64,000 nt of DNA from an uncultured Candidatus Saccharibacteria bacterium (GCA_964642155.1 CAZXNT010000001.1:83-64082), one strand, 5' to 3'; positions 8,973 through 19,196 are shown, counted from the first letter of the stretch. The notes: a model not told the origin generated them from the letters alone. Made by a program: numbers and translations.

Positions 8973-11515
8973 TAAATTTTATAAAAAAATACACTACCGG
9001 AGTTCCTTTTATGATTTTTTTGGCGTCCGGCGCGCTCATGACCGCTTTTTTTATCATTCTTTACACCTTGAAAGTATATGGTCATATAGACATAGACAGA
9101 CTTATTCATGTTAATTTTGGAAAAATAAAGTATGTTATTATTTTGTCAACGATTTGGTTTATAATAAGCGATATTGCGAAAAAAAAGCAGTTGTTTCCCC
9201 AAATAATCCATTTTATTCTTGATAGCGCGTTCTATCTGACGGCATTCGGGCTTATTATTTATTTTACCAGCGGCCTGCATGGCGGATTATTCCCCATATT
9301 TTATCTTAGCGTCATAGGCACAGCTATGTTCAGCTCTATTGCCGAACTTACGGTTTTTTTAATTGTTTTAAGCGCCGAAACATATGTCATTTATTTTTTA
9401 ACCGAGAAAATTAACGATTTATATCATTTAGGAGTGATAACGGTTTATGTGCTGTTTTATTTTATTGTCGCGGCGACAATAAAATATTTTTACAAAGTTA
9501 TTTTGGAGGATAAGGAAAAATACAAAAAACTGCTTGAATTGACGAAAGAATCTGAAATAAAAGCCAAAATAAACGAAGAAAAATATTCTGAACTTATAGA
9601 AAGCACCCCTCTCTGTATCAAGGTTTTTGACGAAAACAGAAAAATGATTTTTTTGAACAAGGGCGGAAGAGAAGAACATTTTATTAAAGACACTGACGAT
9701 ATAAGCAAATGGGACTGGGTCGGAACGGTTAAAAAAGAATACCAAGCCGAGGCTATAGAAAAATTTAAAAACGCGTTTACGAAAGGAGAAAGTGGCACCT
9801 TAGAGTTTGAACACACGCCGGAGGGCTCCACACACGAGTGGTGTTCAAGCTTAATTTCTCCGATTAAGGATAAAGACGGCAAAGTGAAATCCGTTTTATT
9901 TTTGTCCAGCGATATCACCGCCCTAAAAAGAGCAGAGTTGGAAGCGAAACAAAATGAACAAATGTTTAAGACTCTTTTGGACGCCACCCCTCTCTGCATC
10001 AAATGGTTTGACAAAAACGGAAACTTAATATCAATAAACAAAGACGGCCGGGAAGAGCATTTTTTGGAAAAATTAAACGATGAAGAAATAAAAAAATGGG
10101 ATTATATGAGCTGTATTGACGCGGATTATCGCGACAAAGTTAAAGAAAAATTTGAAGCGGCGCTAAAAGGAATCAAAGAGAATATTTTAATGAAGCACAT
10201 TCCCGGAACGTCAAAAAGCACATGGTGCCAGAGCGAATTTATTCCGGTAAAAAATGAAAGGGGAGGGGTTGATTATATGTTATTCTTGTCCAAAGACGTT
10301 ACTCAAGAAAAATTAATAGAAGAAAAAAGAAAGAAAAGCCAAGAAAGAATGGAGGAGACAAAAATAGCTCTCTTTAACATCCTCGAAGACGTAAAAGAAT
10401 CTGAAAAAAATCTCAAAGAAGAGCGCGATAAATCACAAGCCATTATTTCATCAATCGGCGAAGGGTTATTGGTTATCAACACCAGATACGAAATTATTTT
10501 AATAAATAAAAAAGCCGAGGAACTGTTGGAAATAAAATCCGCGGAAGCTCTTAATAAAGACATCAGAAAAATTTTCACGATTTTTAAAAAAGACCAAGAG
10601 TTGGCATCGGAAGAATATCCAATAACAAAAACATTTAAGGATGAAGAAACAATCATGGTGAGGATTGAAGATGATTTTTATTACAAAAATTTATCAGGTA
10701 AAAAATATCCGATTGAAATGGTAATTACGCCGCTAAGAGGCAATGGCATTACAGCGGCAATAATTGTTTTCCAGGATATAAGCAGGGAAAAAGACCTTGA
10801 TGAAGCGAAAAGTAGTTTTATTTCAATCGCTTCGCACCAGTTAAGAACCCCCCTTACGTCAATACGCTGGTACACAGAAATGTTAAATTCTGAAGATGTC
10901 GGACCATTAAATGAAAATCAAAAAAGTTTTGTAAGCAGAGTTTACGGAAGCGCTTTAAAATTAAATGAGGTTATTAATTTACTTTTGTCTTTAGCAAGAA
11001 TTGAAAGCGGAAAAACAGGAAAAGAAATCAATAAAATAGAACTTATTGCTTTCACTAATGACATACTTAAAGAACTTGAGTCGCAGTTTAAACAAAAAAA
11101 CATTGATGTCAAACTTATTCCTCCGATAGAGATAATGGCGGATATAAATTATGACGTCTCAATGTTGCGGCAAATAGTGACAAATTTGCTTTCCAATAGT
11201 ATCCGCTACACTAATAACAACGGCAAAATAGAAATTAAAATAGAAAAAGATAAAGATAAAATAATTTATTCCGTCAAAGACGACGGTATCGGCATCCCCG
11301 CTAACCAACAAGATAAAATTTTCCAAAAATTTTATAGGGCGGATAACGCTTCCACCGCCGTGCCGGACGGCTCAGGGTTAGGCCTTTCGTTGGTTAAAGC
11401 GCTTATTGAAATGAATAAAGGGAGCGTTTGGTTTAAATCGCCGACTGTCTGGACCGACGAATCGGGCAAAGAAGAAAGCAAGGGGACAACCTTCTATTTT
11501 ACCTTGCCAATATAA
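8969..11515 (+). CDS. Membrane PAS-domain sensor histidine kinase
   Basis: TM domain, three PAS-like domains, H-box ASHQLRTPLT, NLLSNSIRY, DDGIGI, GSGLGL. Confidence 0.93.
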   Translation: MINFIKKYTTGVPFMIFLASGALMTAFFIILYTLKVYGHIDIDRLIHVNFGKIKYVIILSTIWFIISDIAKKKQLFPQIIHFILDSAFYLTAFGLIIYFTSGLHGGLFPIFYLSVIGTAMFSSIAELTVFLIVLSAETYVIYFLTEKINDLYHLGVITVYVLFYFIVAATIKYFYKVILEDKEKYKKLLELTKESEIKAKINEEKYSELIESTPLCIKVFDENRKMIFLNKGGREEHFIKDTDDISKWDWVGTVKKEYQAEAIEKFKNAFTKGESGTLEFEHTPEGSTHEWCSSLISPIKDKDGKVKSVLFLSSDITALKRAELEAKQNEQMFKTLLDATPLCIKWFDKNGNLISINKDGREEHFLEKLNDEEIKKWDYMSCIDADYRDKVKEKFEAALKGIKENILMKHIPGTSKSTWCQSEFIPVKNERGGVDYMLFLSKDVTQEKLIEEKRKKSQERMEETKIALFNILEDVKESEKNLKEERDKSQAIISSIGEGLLVINTRYEIILINKKAEELLEIKSAEALNKDIRKIFTIFKKDQELASEEYPITKTFKDEETIMVRIEDDFYYKNLSGKKYPIEMVITPLRGNGITAAIIVFQDISREKDLDEAKSSFISIASHQLRTPLTSIRWYTEMLNSEDVGPLNENQKSFVSRVYGSALKLNEVINLLLSLARIESGKTGKEINKIELIAFTNDILKELESQFKQKNIDVKLIPPIEIMADINYDVSMLRQIVTNLLSNSIRYTNNNGKIEIKIEKDKDKIIYSVKDDGIGIPANQQDKIFQKFYRADNASTAVPDGSGLGLSLVKALIEMNKGSVWFKSPTVWTDESGKEESKGTTFYFTLPI

Positions 11516-11532
11516 AATGCTATAATTAAAAA

Positions 11533-11907
11533 ATGGAAATTAACAAGAGAATTTTAATAGTGGAAGATGATTTGCCGACAATCGAGGCACTGGCTTTTAA
11601 ATTAAGCCAAAGAGGCATTATCGTCGGCACCGCTTTGGACGGCGAAGAAGCTATAAAAAGGATTAAAAGGGAAAAATATGATTTGATTCTGCTTGATTTG
11701 CTTCTGCCGAAAAAAAGCGGCTTTGAAGTATTGCAAGAATTAAAAAATGACGGCCAATCAAAAAACGCCAAAGTAATCGTTCTTTCCAACATGGGGCAAG
11801 AAGATAATGTTAGAAAAGCAATGGAGCTCGGCGCCAGCGATTACATAGTTAAATCGGACATCAATATCAATAAACTGACAGAAAGAATTATTCGCGAATT
11901 GCAATGA
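11533..11907 (+). CDS. Single-domain response regulator (CheY-like)
   Basis: ILIVEDD, DLILLDLLLP, GASDYIVK. Confidence 0.93.
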   Translation: MEINKRILIVEDDLPTIEALAFKLSQRGIIVGTALDGEEAIKRIKREKYDLILLDLLLPKKSGFEVLQELKNDGQSKNAKVIVLSNMGQEDNVRKAMELGASDYIVKSDININKLTERIIRELQ

Positions 11908-13169
11908 CTTTAAAAACGCGCCGAATTATATTTTACGGACTTTTTTTTGTTTTTTTCCCCATAAGCATCGGGGTAATTTTTTATTCCCAGGGATGGCGAT
12001 TTGACTTTGAAAATTTCGGAATAAAAAAAACCGGCGCCGCATACATTGAAACAACACCTAAAAACGTTGTTATAAAATTAAACAATAAAATAATTCCCGA
12101 CCAATCAGGACTTATTAGAAGCGGCACGCTTATCCCCGATCTTCTGCCAAAAAATTATAAAATAGAAATTCAAAAAAACGGCTATTGGACATATCTCAAA
12201 AATATTAAAGTTGAGCCGTCAATGGTTTCCGAATTAATTGACACGATTTTAATTCCGCAAAAATTTGAAAAAATAACGGCAATTGAAAAAATAAAAGGCG
12301 GCGAAATTATTACTTTAAGCGCCAAAAAAATTATCGTTAAAAATCCGCAAAATAAAATATATTATCTTTATAAATTTAATGAACCGGCTACGGCGCTTAA
12401 TATCAACGCCTCTTTTAATAATTCGCTTAAAAAATCGGAAGTGATTGAAAATGTCGCGCTTCATCCGTTTAATGACGACCGCTTGCTTATAAAAAGCGTA
12501 AACGGGCTTTATATTTTTGACACGAGGAAACTTCAAATTGAAATTGTTTTCCAAAACGAAAAAAACAATAAAATCTTAGCGTGGTTCGCCAATAATTCAA
12601 GCATTTATATCGTGAAGTCAAAAATTCCAGCTGTTTATTCATATAATTTAATAACCAAAACTGAAAATGAACTGGCCGAATTGCCTGAAAATTTACCCGT
12701 GATTATTAAAACGGAGACTTCCGATTCCGGTTCTGAAATCGGCTTCCTGGGGAAATCCGGTGCCTTATCAATATTTAACATAAAAGACAAGAAATTCCGG
12801 CAAATAGCGGATAACGCGAAAAAATTTTCTTTTTCGCCGGATAGTAAAAAATTGTTTTTTATCGGCAATAACGGAAAAATAAGCGTTTATTTCATTGAAG
12901 AGTGGTATAAAAATGCTAAAAAGAAAACGGGGGATGTTGTAAATTTCAGTTTAAAAAATGAGGGATTGATTAAAAACGCTTATTGGTATAAAGATTCTTA
13001 TCATTTATTCATTAAATACGACGATAAGGTTGATTTTATGGAAATAGACGACCGCCCGCCGTTAAACCAATATCCTATTATCGCCGAATCGGAAAGCGAT
13101 TATTACAACACCAACGAAAATCTTTTATATTTTATTCAAAACAAAACTCTTTATTCCGTAAAAATATAA
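11904..13169 (+). CDS. Bitopic membrane protein, PEGA-like domain plus beta-propeller
   Basis: N-terminal TM, YSQGWRFD...KTG...LLPKNYKIEIQKNGYWTY, FSFSPDSKKL. Confidence 0.6.
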   Translation: MTLKTRRIIFYGLFFVFFPISIGVIFYSQGWRFDFENFGIKKTGAAYIETTPKNVVIKLNNKIIPDQSGLIRSGTLIPDLLPKNYKIEIQKNGYWTYLKNIKVEPSMVSELIDTILIPQKFEKITAIEKIKGGEIITLSAKKIIVKNPQNKIYYLYKFNEPATALNINASFNNSLKKSEVIENVALHPFNDDRLLIKSVNGLYIFDTRKLQIEIVFQNEKNNKILAWFANNSSIYIVKSKIPAVYSYNLITKTENELAELPENLPVIIKTETSDSGSEIGFLGKSGALSIFNIKDKKFRQIADNAKKFSFSPDSKKLFFIGNNGKISVYFIEEWYKNAKKKTGDVVNFSLKNEGLIKNAYWYKDSYHLFIKYDDKVDFMEIDDRPPLNQYPIIAESESDYYNTNENLLYFIQNKTLYSVKI

Positions 13170-13172
13170 ACT

Positions 13173-14306
13173 TTATATATCCCCTTTTCTTATTTTTTGC
13201 CTGATTTTTTCAACCAGCGAATTAAAAAAATAAAGATTATGGAAAGTCAAAAGCCGCAAAGCGGTAATTTCTTTAGCTTTTAAAAGATGAGTAATATAGT
13301 TTCTGCCATAATTTCGGCAAACATCACAGCCACATTTTTTATCCAAAGGATTCTTATCTTTTAGAAAAGCCGACTTATTCATATCCAATCTGCCCTTATC
13401 AATAAAAGCGATTCCGTGTCTGGCGTAATGAGTAGGCATAACGCAATCAAAAGTGTCTATACCTGATTTAATGATTTTTAAAATATCTTCCGGATGGCCT
13501 ATGCCCAAAAGATGGCGCGGTTTATTTTCCGGCAATTCTTTAATCACCCGATTAATCATCTTAATCATTAAATTTTTGCTGTCGCCGAATTCTCCGCCAA
13601 TGCCAAAGCCGTCAAACGGCAAATCGGCGATAAATTTCGCGCTTTCTGTTCTTAAATCCTTAAATTTTCCACCCTGAATAATTCCGAAAATGGCTTGCCG
13701 TGATTTTTTAATTTTTAAACATTCTATCGCCCACCTATGCGTTTTTTCCAAAGATTTTTTTGTATATTCATAATTTGCGTTCGGCGGAGTGCATTCGTCA
13801 AAAACAAAAATGATATCCGCGCCAAGCGCTTCTTGAATTTTTATTGATTCTTTCGGCCCGATAAATAATTTCTCGCCGTTAATCGGCGAACGAAACCAAA
13901 CTCCATTATCGGTAATTTTTATATTTTGAGGCTGCTGACCCAATAATACTTTTATCAACTCGTTTGTTTTTGATATCTTCCCGACTCCCAAATCTTTTCC
14001 AAACCCCAAACTGAAAACCTGAAAACCGCCCGAATCCGTCATTAAGGGCCTATTCCAATTCATAAATTTATGCAAACCTCCGGCTGATTTTACTAATTTT
14101 TCTCCTGGCTTTAAATGGAGATGAAAAGTATTGGAAATTAAAATCTGGCACTTAGCGGCTTTGGCTTCCTCGCTGGTTAAAGTTTTAACAACCGCTTGTG
14201 TGGCAACCGGGACAAAAAACGGCGTTTCAATTTCGCCGTGGGAAGTTTTCAAAATCCCCAATCGCGCCTTACTGCACTTCGATTTTTTTAAAATTTTAAA
14301 CTCCAT
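13173..14306 (-). CDS. tgt: tRNA-guanine transglycosylase
   Basis: ETPFFVPVAT, MTDSGGFQVFSL, RHLLGIG, FDCVMPT, CGCDVC. Confidence 0.95.
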   Translation of the reverse strand: MEFKILKKSKCSKARLGILKTSHGEIETPFFVPVATQAVVKTLTSEEAKAAKCQILISNTFHLHLKPGEKLVKSAGGLHKFMNWNRPLMTDSGGFQVFSLGFGKDLGVGKISKTNELIKVLLGQQPQNIKITDNGVWFRSPINGEKLFIGPKESIKIQEALGADIIFVFDECTPPNANYEYTKKSLEKTHRWAIECLKIKKSRQAIFGIIQGGKFKDLRTESAKFIADLPFDGFGIGGEFGDSKNLMIKMINRVIKELPENKPRHLLGIGHPEDILKIIKSGIDTFDCVMPTHYARHGIAFIDKGRLDMNKSAFLKDKNPLDKKCGCDVCRNYGRNYITHLLKAKEITALRLLTFHNLYFFNSLVEKIRQKIRKGDI

Positions 14307-14458
14307 CCCTCACCCTTCAAAGATCTATTTTATTCTTGCTATCTTATGGGATAGCAAGAATAAAATAAAATTCTTTAAATTATTATTTTTATTAAAATTC
14401 TATTATTTTACTCTTTAATCCTTCATCCTTTAATTTTTCAATCTTTGAAGGGTGAGGG
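14307..14458. mobile_element. MITE-like element, copy 2
   Basis: Same 18-bp TIR and internal hairpin as 6085-6242. Confidence 0.85.
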
Positions 14459-14459
14459 A

Positions 14460-15785
14460 TTATTCTTCCCCGTAAATAATTTCTTTCGGCGGAATCAATT
14501 TCGGGTCAGTCGGTAAAGTGAAATAAAAAATGCTACCGCGATTCAATTCCGACTCAACCCAAATTTTTCCGCCGTGCCTCCTAATAATATTTTGAGCGAT
14601 GTAAAGCCCAAGTCCGGAAGCCGTAGGAATCGTTTTAATGGCGTTATTCCCCCGAAAAAACTTGGTAAATAATTTATCAATATCTTCCTTGGAAATTCCC
14701 ATACCCGTATCTTTAATGGTGAATTGAATATAGGGCTTATCCGCAAATTTTTCAATAATTAAAATAATCTCTCCGTTTTTAACGTTATATTTAACGGCGT
14801 TGTCCAAAATATTCAATAACACAGTGCTTAATCTTTGAGAATCGACGTTAATTTCTATCGGCTCATCCGGTTTTTGAAAAATAAGTTTAAGTCCGAGTCC
14901 GACGCACACTTCCTTGGTTTTAGAAACTATTTTTTCAACCAATTCAATAATGTTTAATTTTTCAAAATTATAGCCAAAACGCCCTTCTTCTATCTGAAAA
15001 ACATCAAATAAATCATTAACGACTTTAAGCATATAAGAAGAAGCTTCCAACCCGACACCGACCATTTTTTTCTGCTCATCAGATAAAGAATCTTTTGCTA
15101 AATTTTCCAAAACCCAATTGATGCCTGTGAGAGGTGTTCTTAATTGATGGGTGGCAACGCCGATAAATTCGCTTTTTGAACGCAACACTTCAACTTCGCG
15201 CGTGCGGTCCCTGATTATTTTTACGAACCCCAAAAGGTTACCGGCTGGGTCAATGATTTTATTGGTAATCACTCGAAATTCCATTATTGGCTCTTTAAAA
15301 GAAATATCAATCACCTGCGGATAAGCGCCCGCTTCTGAACGTTTTGTTATTGACGGCGCTAAAGAAGGAAAAAGAATTTGGCTTAAAAGTTTGAATTGTA
15401 GCTCTTTTATCTGTTCCGGGGCAAAGCTGATATTAATAACGTTCTCATGCTTTAAATTAAAAATCTGCTCCGCGGCTTGATTAAAAATCAAAATTTTAAA
15501 ATCAGAATCATAAGCGATAACGCCGTCACGAAGAGTTGTGATAACGCTCGTCAATTCATTCCGTTCAATTTTTATTTCTAAATTTGACCTTGCCAGCCGA
15601 AGATTATTAACTAAAATTATTGCCACTAAAACAATAAAAAATCCGGCGGAAAACCAAAGCGCCAAAATCGGTAAATAAAAAATTTCAATCGCAAAAATAA
15701 CAAAAACTAACGGCAAGAAATACCAAAAAAGCCGCATCTCCGGAAGTTTGGCGTATAAAACAAGTTTTTGAAAAAAAATATTCAT
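14460..15785 (-). CDS. Sensor histidine kinase (2 TM, PAS)
   Basis: ATHQLRTPLT, NILDNAVKY, DTGMGI, SGLGL. Confidence 0.92.
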   Translation of the reverse strand: MNIFFQKLVLYAKLPEMRLFWYFLPLVFVIFAIEIFYLPILALWFSAGFFIVLVAIILVNNLRLARSNLEIKIERNELTSVITTLRDGVIAYDSDFKILIFNQAAEQIFNLKHENVINISFAPEQIKELQFKLLSQILFPSLAPSITKRSEAGAYPQVIDISFKEPIMEFRVITNKIIDPAGNLLGFVKIIRDRTREVEVLRSKSEFIGVATHQLRTPLTGINWVLENLAKDSLSDEQKKMVGVGLEASSYMLKVVNDLFDVFQIEEGRFGYNFEKLNIIELVEKIVSKTKEVCVGLGLKLIFQKPDEPIEINVDSQRLSTVLLNILDNAVKYNVKNGEIILIIEKFADKPYIQFTIKDTGMGISKEDIDKLFTKFFRGNNAIKTIPTASGLGLYIAQNIIRRHGGKIWVESELNRGSIFYFTLPTDPKLIPPKEIIYGEE

Positions 15786-15786
15786 T

Positions 15787-17127
15787 TTATTCGCGGTTAT
15801 TTTTTAATGTTGACAACAAAATATCAATTCTATGCATATCCCTCGGGAAAAGCGTTGCTTCGCGGATATTATCCAAATTAAGCAATTTTTGCGTCAATCG
15901 CTCCAAGCCGATTGCCAATCCGCCCTCCGGCGGCATTCCGTATTTAAAAGCCTGTAAATAAAAACCGAAATGTTCGGGATTTAATCCCCATTTCTTAATA
16001 TTATCAACAAGTATTTGGTAATCGTGAACGCGTTGACCGCCGGTAGTTATTTCAATCCCCCTGAACAAAAGATCAAAGCTTCTGGTAAAATCCGGATTTG
16101 CCGAATCGGGAAAAGTATAAAAAGGTCGCTTTTCGGTCGGGTAATGAGTAATAAAAATAAAATCAGAATCAAAATTCTCTTTTGCGTACTGGCAAATCAT
16201 CCGTTCGCCTTGCGGGTCCAAATCGGGTTCTTTTAAACAATCCAAAGAATATTTTTCGCTTAAAATTTTCTGCGCATCTTTTAATTTTAAAGACGGAATC
16301 GCTTCGGGAATTTCAGGCAATTGAACTTTAAAAAATTCAAATTCTTTGGCGCAATTTTTTGCCAAGTGATTGATAATATAAATAAGCAATTCGTTTTCAA
16401 GCGCCATTATATCCGTATGGTCATTAATAAAGCCGAATTCCAAATCCAAGCTCGTATATTCATTTAAATGCCTAGTGGTGCTATGTTCTTCGGCGCGATA
16501 AACATTGCCGATTGTAAAAACCCGCTCAAAAACGCCAACCATAATTTGCTTATAAAATTGAGGGCTTTGGGCGAGATAAGCCTTATTGTCAAAATAATCA
16601 ATTTTAAAAACATTAGCCCCTCCCTCAGTGGCCTGAGCGACAATCTTAGGAACCTGTACTTCTATAAAATCTTTGCTTATCAAAAAATCCCTGAAAGCGC
16701 GGACAATTTCTGCTTGAATTTTAAAAATGTTCCTATTTTTTTCAGTTCGTAAAACGAACGGCTGCCAATCAAGGCAAGTTTCCAAAGAAATATCGCTTGC
16801 CGGGTCAAAAGGAATTTCTTCGGCGCGACTTAATATGGTTAATTCATCAACCACCACTTCAAATTCACCCGTTTCAATTTTGGGATTTTCCATCCCCTTC
16901 GGTCGGCGACTCACCTTACCGACTAATCTTATAACCCATTCCGAACGCAATTCTTTAGCAGTTTCGTAAGCCGCGCTGGACGGCAAAAAAACAACCTGAC
17001 ACATGCCGCTCCTGTCCCGTAAATCAATAAAAATCAGTTTGCCATGGTCGCGCCTTACATTAACCCATCCCTTTAATTCAACCAATTCACTTTCTTTATT
17101 TACAATTTCTTTAATTAAAATCCTCAT
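15787..17127 (-). CDS. aspS: Aspartate-tRNA ligase, short archaeal/non-discriminating type
   Basis: 446 aa with no GAD insert; TEGGA, YLAQSPQFYKQ, RAEEHSTTRHLNE, GMPPEGG, FPRD. Confidence 0.9.
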   Translation of the reverse strand: MRILIKEIVNKESELVELKGWVNVRRDHGKLIFIDLRDRSGMCQVVFLPSSAAYETAKELRSEWVIRLVGKVSRRPKGMENPKIETGEFEVVVDELTILSRAEEIPFDPASDISLETCLDWQPFVLRTEKNRNIFKIQAEIVRAFRDFLISKDFIEVQVPKIVAQATEGGANVFKIDYFDNKAYLAQSPQFYKQIMVGVFERVFTIGNVYRAEEHSTTRHLNEYTSLDLEFGFINDHTDIMALENELLIYIINHLAKNCAKEFEFFKVQLPEIPEAIPSLKLKDAQKILSEKYSLDCLKEPDLDPQGERMICQYAKENFDSDFIFITHYPTEKRPFYTFPDSANPDFTRSFDLLFRGIEITTGGQRVHDYQILVDNIKKWGLNPEHFGFYLQAFKYGMPPEGGLAIGLERLTQKLLNLDNIREATLFPRDMHRIDILLSTLKNNRE

Positions 17128-17142
17128 TGTTAAATAAGTTTA

Positions 17143-17250
17143 CCCCGTTAGAAATAAAACGTAAACATTATTATTTCTTTATAGAAAAACAATTATGATT
17201 ATTATAATACATAAATATAAAAAAAACAGCGTTAGTGATTTCTAACGGGG
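17143..17250. mobile_element. TIR-bounded intergenic element (CCCCGTTAGAAAT...ATTTCTAACGGGG)
   Basis: 13-bp perfect TIR around an AT-rich core; same TIR at 44691-44739. Confidence 0.75.
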
Positions 17251-17254
17251 CTTA

Positions 17255-18136
17255 TCACCTTTTCTTGAAAATGTTAATTTCATTTCCGCTAATCGTTAAT
17301 TTTACAGCTCCGTTTTGGTCAGTACGGAAAATTTGGGAACCGACTGCCGCCAATCTATCCAAAACTTCTTTTGTGGGATGGCCATAAGAATTTTTTCCCA
17401 CTTCAATGACCGATATTTTTGGATTAACCGCTTTTAAAAAATAATCGCTTGAAGAATATTTTGAGCCGTGATGACCAACTTTTAAAATATTTGCCTTAAT
17501 ATCAAAATTATTAATCAGATATTTTTCGTTTTTCTCTCCTATATCGCCCGTGAATAAAATATTTATTTGCGCTTGCCTGTCGTTATTAACAAATTTTATC
17601 GCCAATGACGTATCATTCAATTCTTTGCTCCGTAAGAAATCCGCGTTCGGCAAAAGAATTTCAAAAAAATCGTCCTGATTTTTTATTTTATCTCCTTGCG
17701 CCAAAACAAAAACCGGTATTTTATTTTCTTCAACGATTTTCGCCAATTCTTTCCATGATTGCGCCGTGCCGGCGCGGCCGTTGTAAATAAAAGCGCCAAT
17801 TTGATAACGTTTTAAAACGTCAATAAAGCCGTTAAAATGATCTGTTTCCGAATGAGAAAGGATAAGTAAATCAATATAGCGGTCGGTTGGCCGCAAAACT
17901 GATTCCAATTCATTAACAACCTTACTATTCGGGCCGGCATCAATTAAAACTTTAATTCCGCCGGGCAAAATCACCAACTCACTGTCCCCTTGCCCGACAT
18001 CCAAAAAATAAATTTCCGTATCGCTATTTGGTTTGTTAAGAATTATTGATTTCCAGACAATAAAATCAAAAACCGCCAAAAAAATCAAAAAAAGAATAAG
18101 ATGGTTGCGATTAAGCATTTGATAATCTCGCGACAA
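17255..18136 (-). CDS. ComEC-type metallo-beta-lactamase domain protein
   Basis: FLDVGQGD, LSHSETDH, LFTGD, KVGHHGS, NSYGHP. Confidence 0.9.
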   Translation of the reverse strand: MSRDYQMLNRNHLILFLIFLAVFDFIVWKSIILNKPNSDTEIYFLDVGQGDSELVILPGGIKVLIDAGPNSKVVNELESVLRPTDRYIDLLILSHSETDHFNGFIDVLKRYQIGAFIYNGRAGTAQSWKELAKIVEENKIPVFVLAQGDKIKNQDDFFEILLPNADFLRSKELNDTSLAIKFVNNDRQAQINILFTGDIGEKNEKYLINNFDIKANILKVGHHGSKYSSSDYFLKAVNPKISVIEVGKNSYGHPTKEVLDRLAAVGSQIFRTDQNGAVKLTISGNEINIFKKR

Positions 18137-18698
18137 CGATATCCCAATTAATCGCCTTTATAAACGCCTCAATATAATCGACGCGTTTAATACCATAATC
18201 AAGCATATAAGCGTGTTCAAAAACATCCATTACCAATAACGGAACGCATCCGGAAAAATGTCCCGTGTCATGTTCGTTCACCCAAACATTAAATAATCTG
18301 TCTGCCACCTTATCATAATATAAAATTATCCAGCCGATTCCCCTCATCACCCCCATTGCCCTAAAATCTTTTTCCCAAAATTCATAAGAACTGAATTCTT
18401 TTATAATAGCTTTTAATAAATCTGATTGCTCGTTAATTTTTTGCGGCTCTTTTGTTAAATTGCCGAAATAAAATTCATGCAAACGCATCCCGTTGAATTC
18501 CCAACTCAAACGCCTGTTCAATTCCGCAAACTCCGGAGTTCCATATTTTTCTTCTTTTTCCATCGTAACCAATATCTCATCAAGCTTGTTAAAATTATTA
18601 ACATAACCCTGATAAAGGGTGAAGTGATTTTCCAATAATTTATCGCTAAATCCGGCCAAACCCAAAAGATGATTAAATTTTTTCGTTTCGTATTGCAT
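18111..18698 (-). CDS. sod: Fe/Mn superoxide dismutase family protein
   Basis: HFTLYQGY, LHEFYF, DVFEHAY. Confidence 0.9.
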   Translation of the reverse strand: MQYETKKFNHLLGLAGFSDKLLENHFTLYQGYVNNFNKLDEILVTMEKEEKYGTPEFAELNRRLSWEFNGMRLHEFYFGNLTKEPQKINEQSDLLKAIIKEFSSYEFWEKDFRAMGVMRGIGWIILYYDKVADRLFNVWVNEHDTGHFSGCVPLLVMDVFEHAYMLDYGIKRVDYIEAFIKAINWDIVVARLSNA

Positions 18699-18851
18699 AT
18701 GATGCTATTTTAGCATAAATATGGTGGCTTCCAAAAGGAATTTCCTGCGCCAATAAAACAACATCGGGGATTTTGAAGCCAAAAGTTCAATAGTTTTAAT
18801 CGGCGAAAGATTAATATTTTTAGTGTGGGAGAACATTGTAAAAAAATCCAG

Positions 18852-18922
18852 CGGGAGCTGAAGGAATCGGACCTCCGACCGCGGTTTTGGAGACCGCTGT
18901 TATGCCACTTAACTAAGCTCCC
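18852..18922 (-). tRNA. tRNA-Trp(CCA)
   Basis: GGGAGCT/AGCTCCC acceptor, GCGGT-CTCCAAA-ACCGC anticodon arm; T loop TCCGATT is atypical. Confidence 0.9.
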
Positions 18923-18936
18923 AAGAAACCGAAGAA

Positions 18937-19107
18937 TTACCTCTTTGCTTCTTTATGCGCTGTTGATTTGCGGCACCAAGAACAAAATTTTTTCAATTCA
19001 AGTTTTTTTTCAATCTTCTTTTTATTCTTGCGAGTATAATAATTCACCCGCTTGCAAGTCGCGCATTTTAACTTTATTAAATTTTCGCTGAATTTTGATT
19101 TCGCCAT
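18937..19107 (-). CDS. rpmG: 50S ribosomal protein L33 (not in ORF track)
   Basis: MAKSKFSENLIKLKCATCKRVNYYTRKNKKKIEKKLELKKFCSWCRKSTAHKEAKR. Confidence 0.95.
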   Translation of the reverse strand: MAKSKFSENLIKLKCATCKRVNYYTRKNKKKIEKKLELKKFCSWCRKSTAHKEAKR

Positions 19108-19124
19108 ATATTTATAAATTTCTG

Positions 19125-19196
19125 AGCCGATGGGGAGAATTGAACTCCCGACCTACTCCTTACCATGGAGTTGCTCTGCCGCTGAGCTACATCGGC
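19125..19196 (-). tRNA. tRNA-Thr(GGT)
   Basis: GCCGATG/CATCGGC acceptor, loop ATGGTAA, TTCAATT T loop. Confidence 0.95.
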
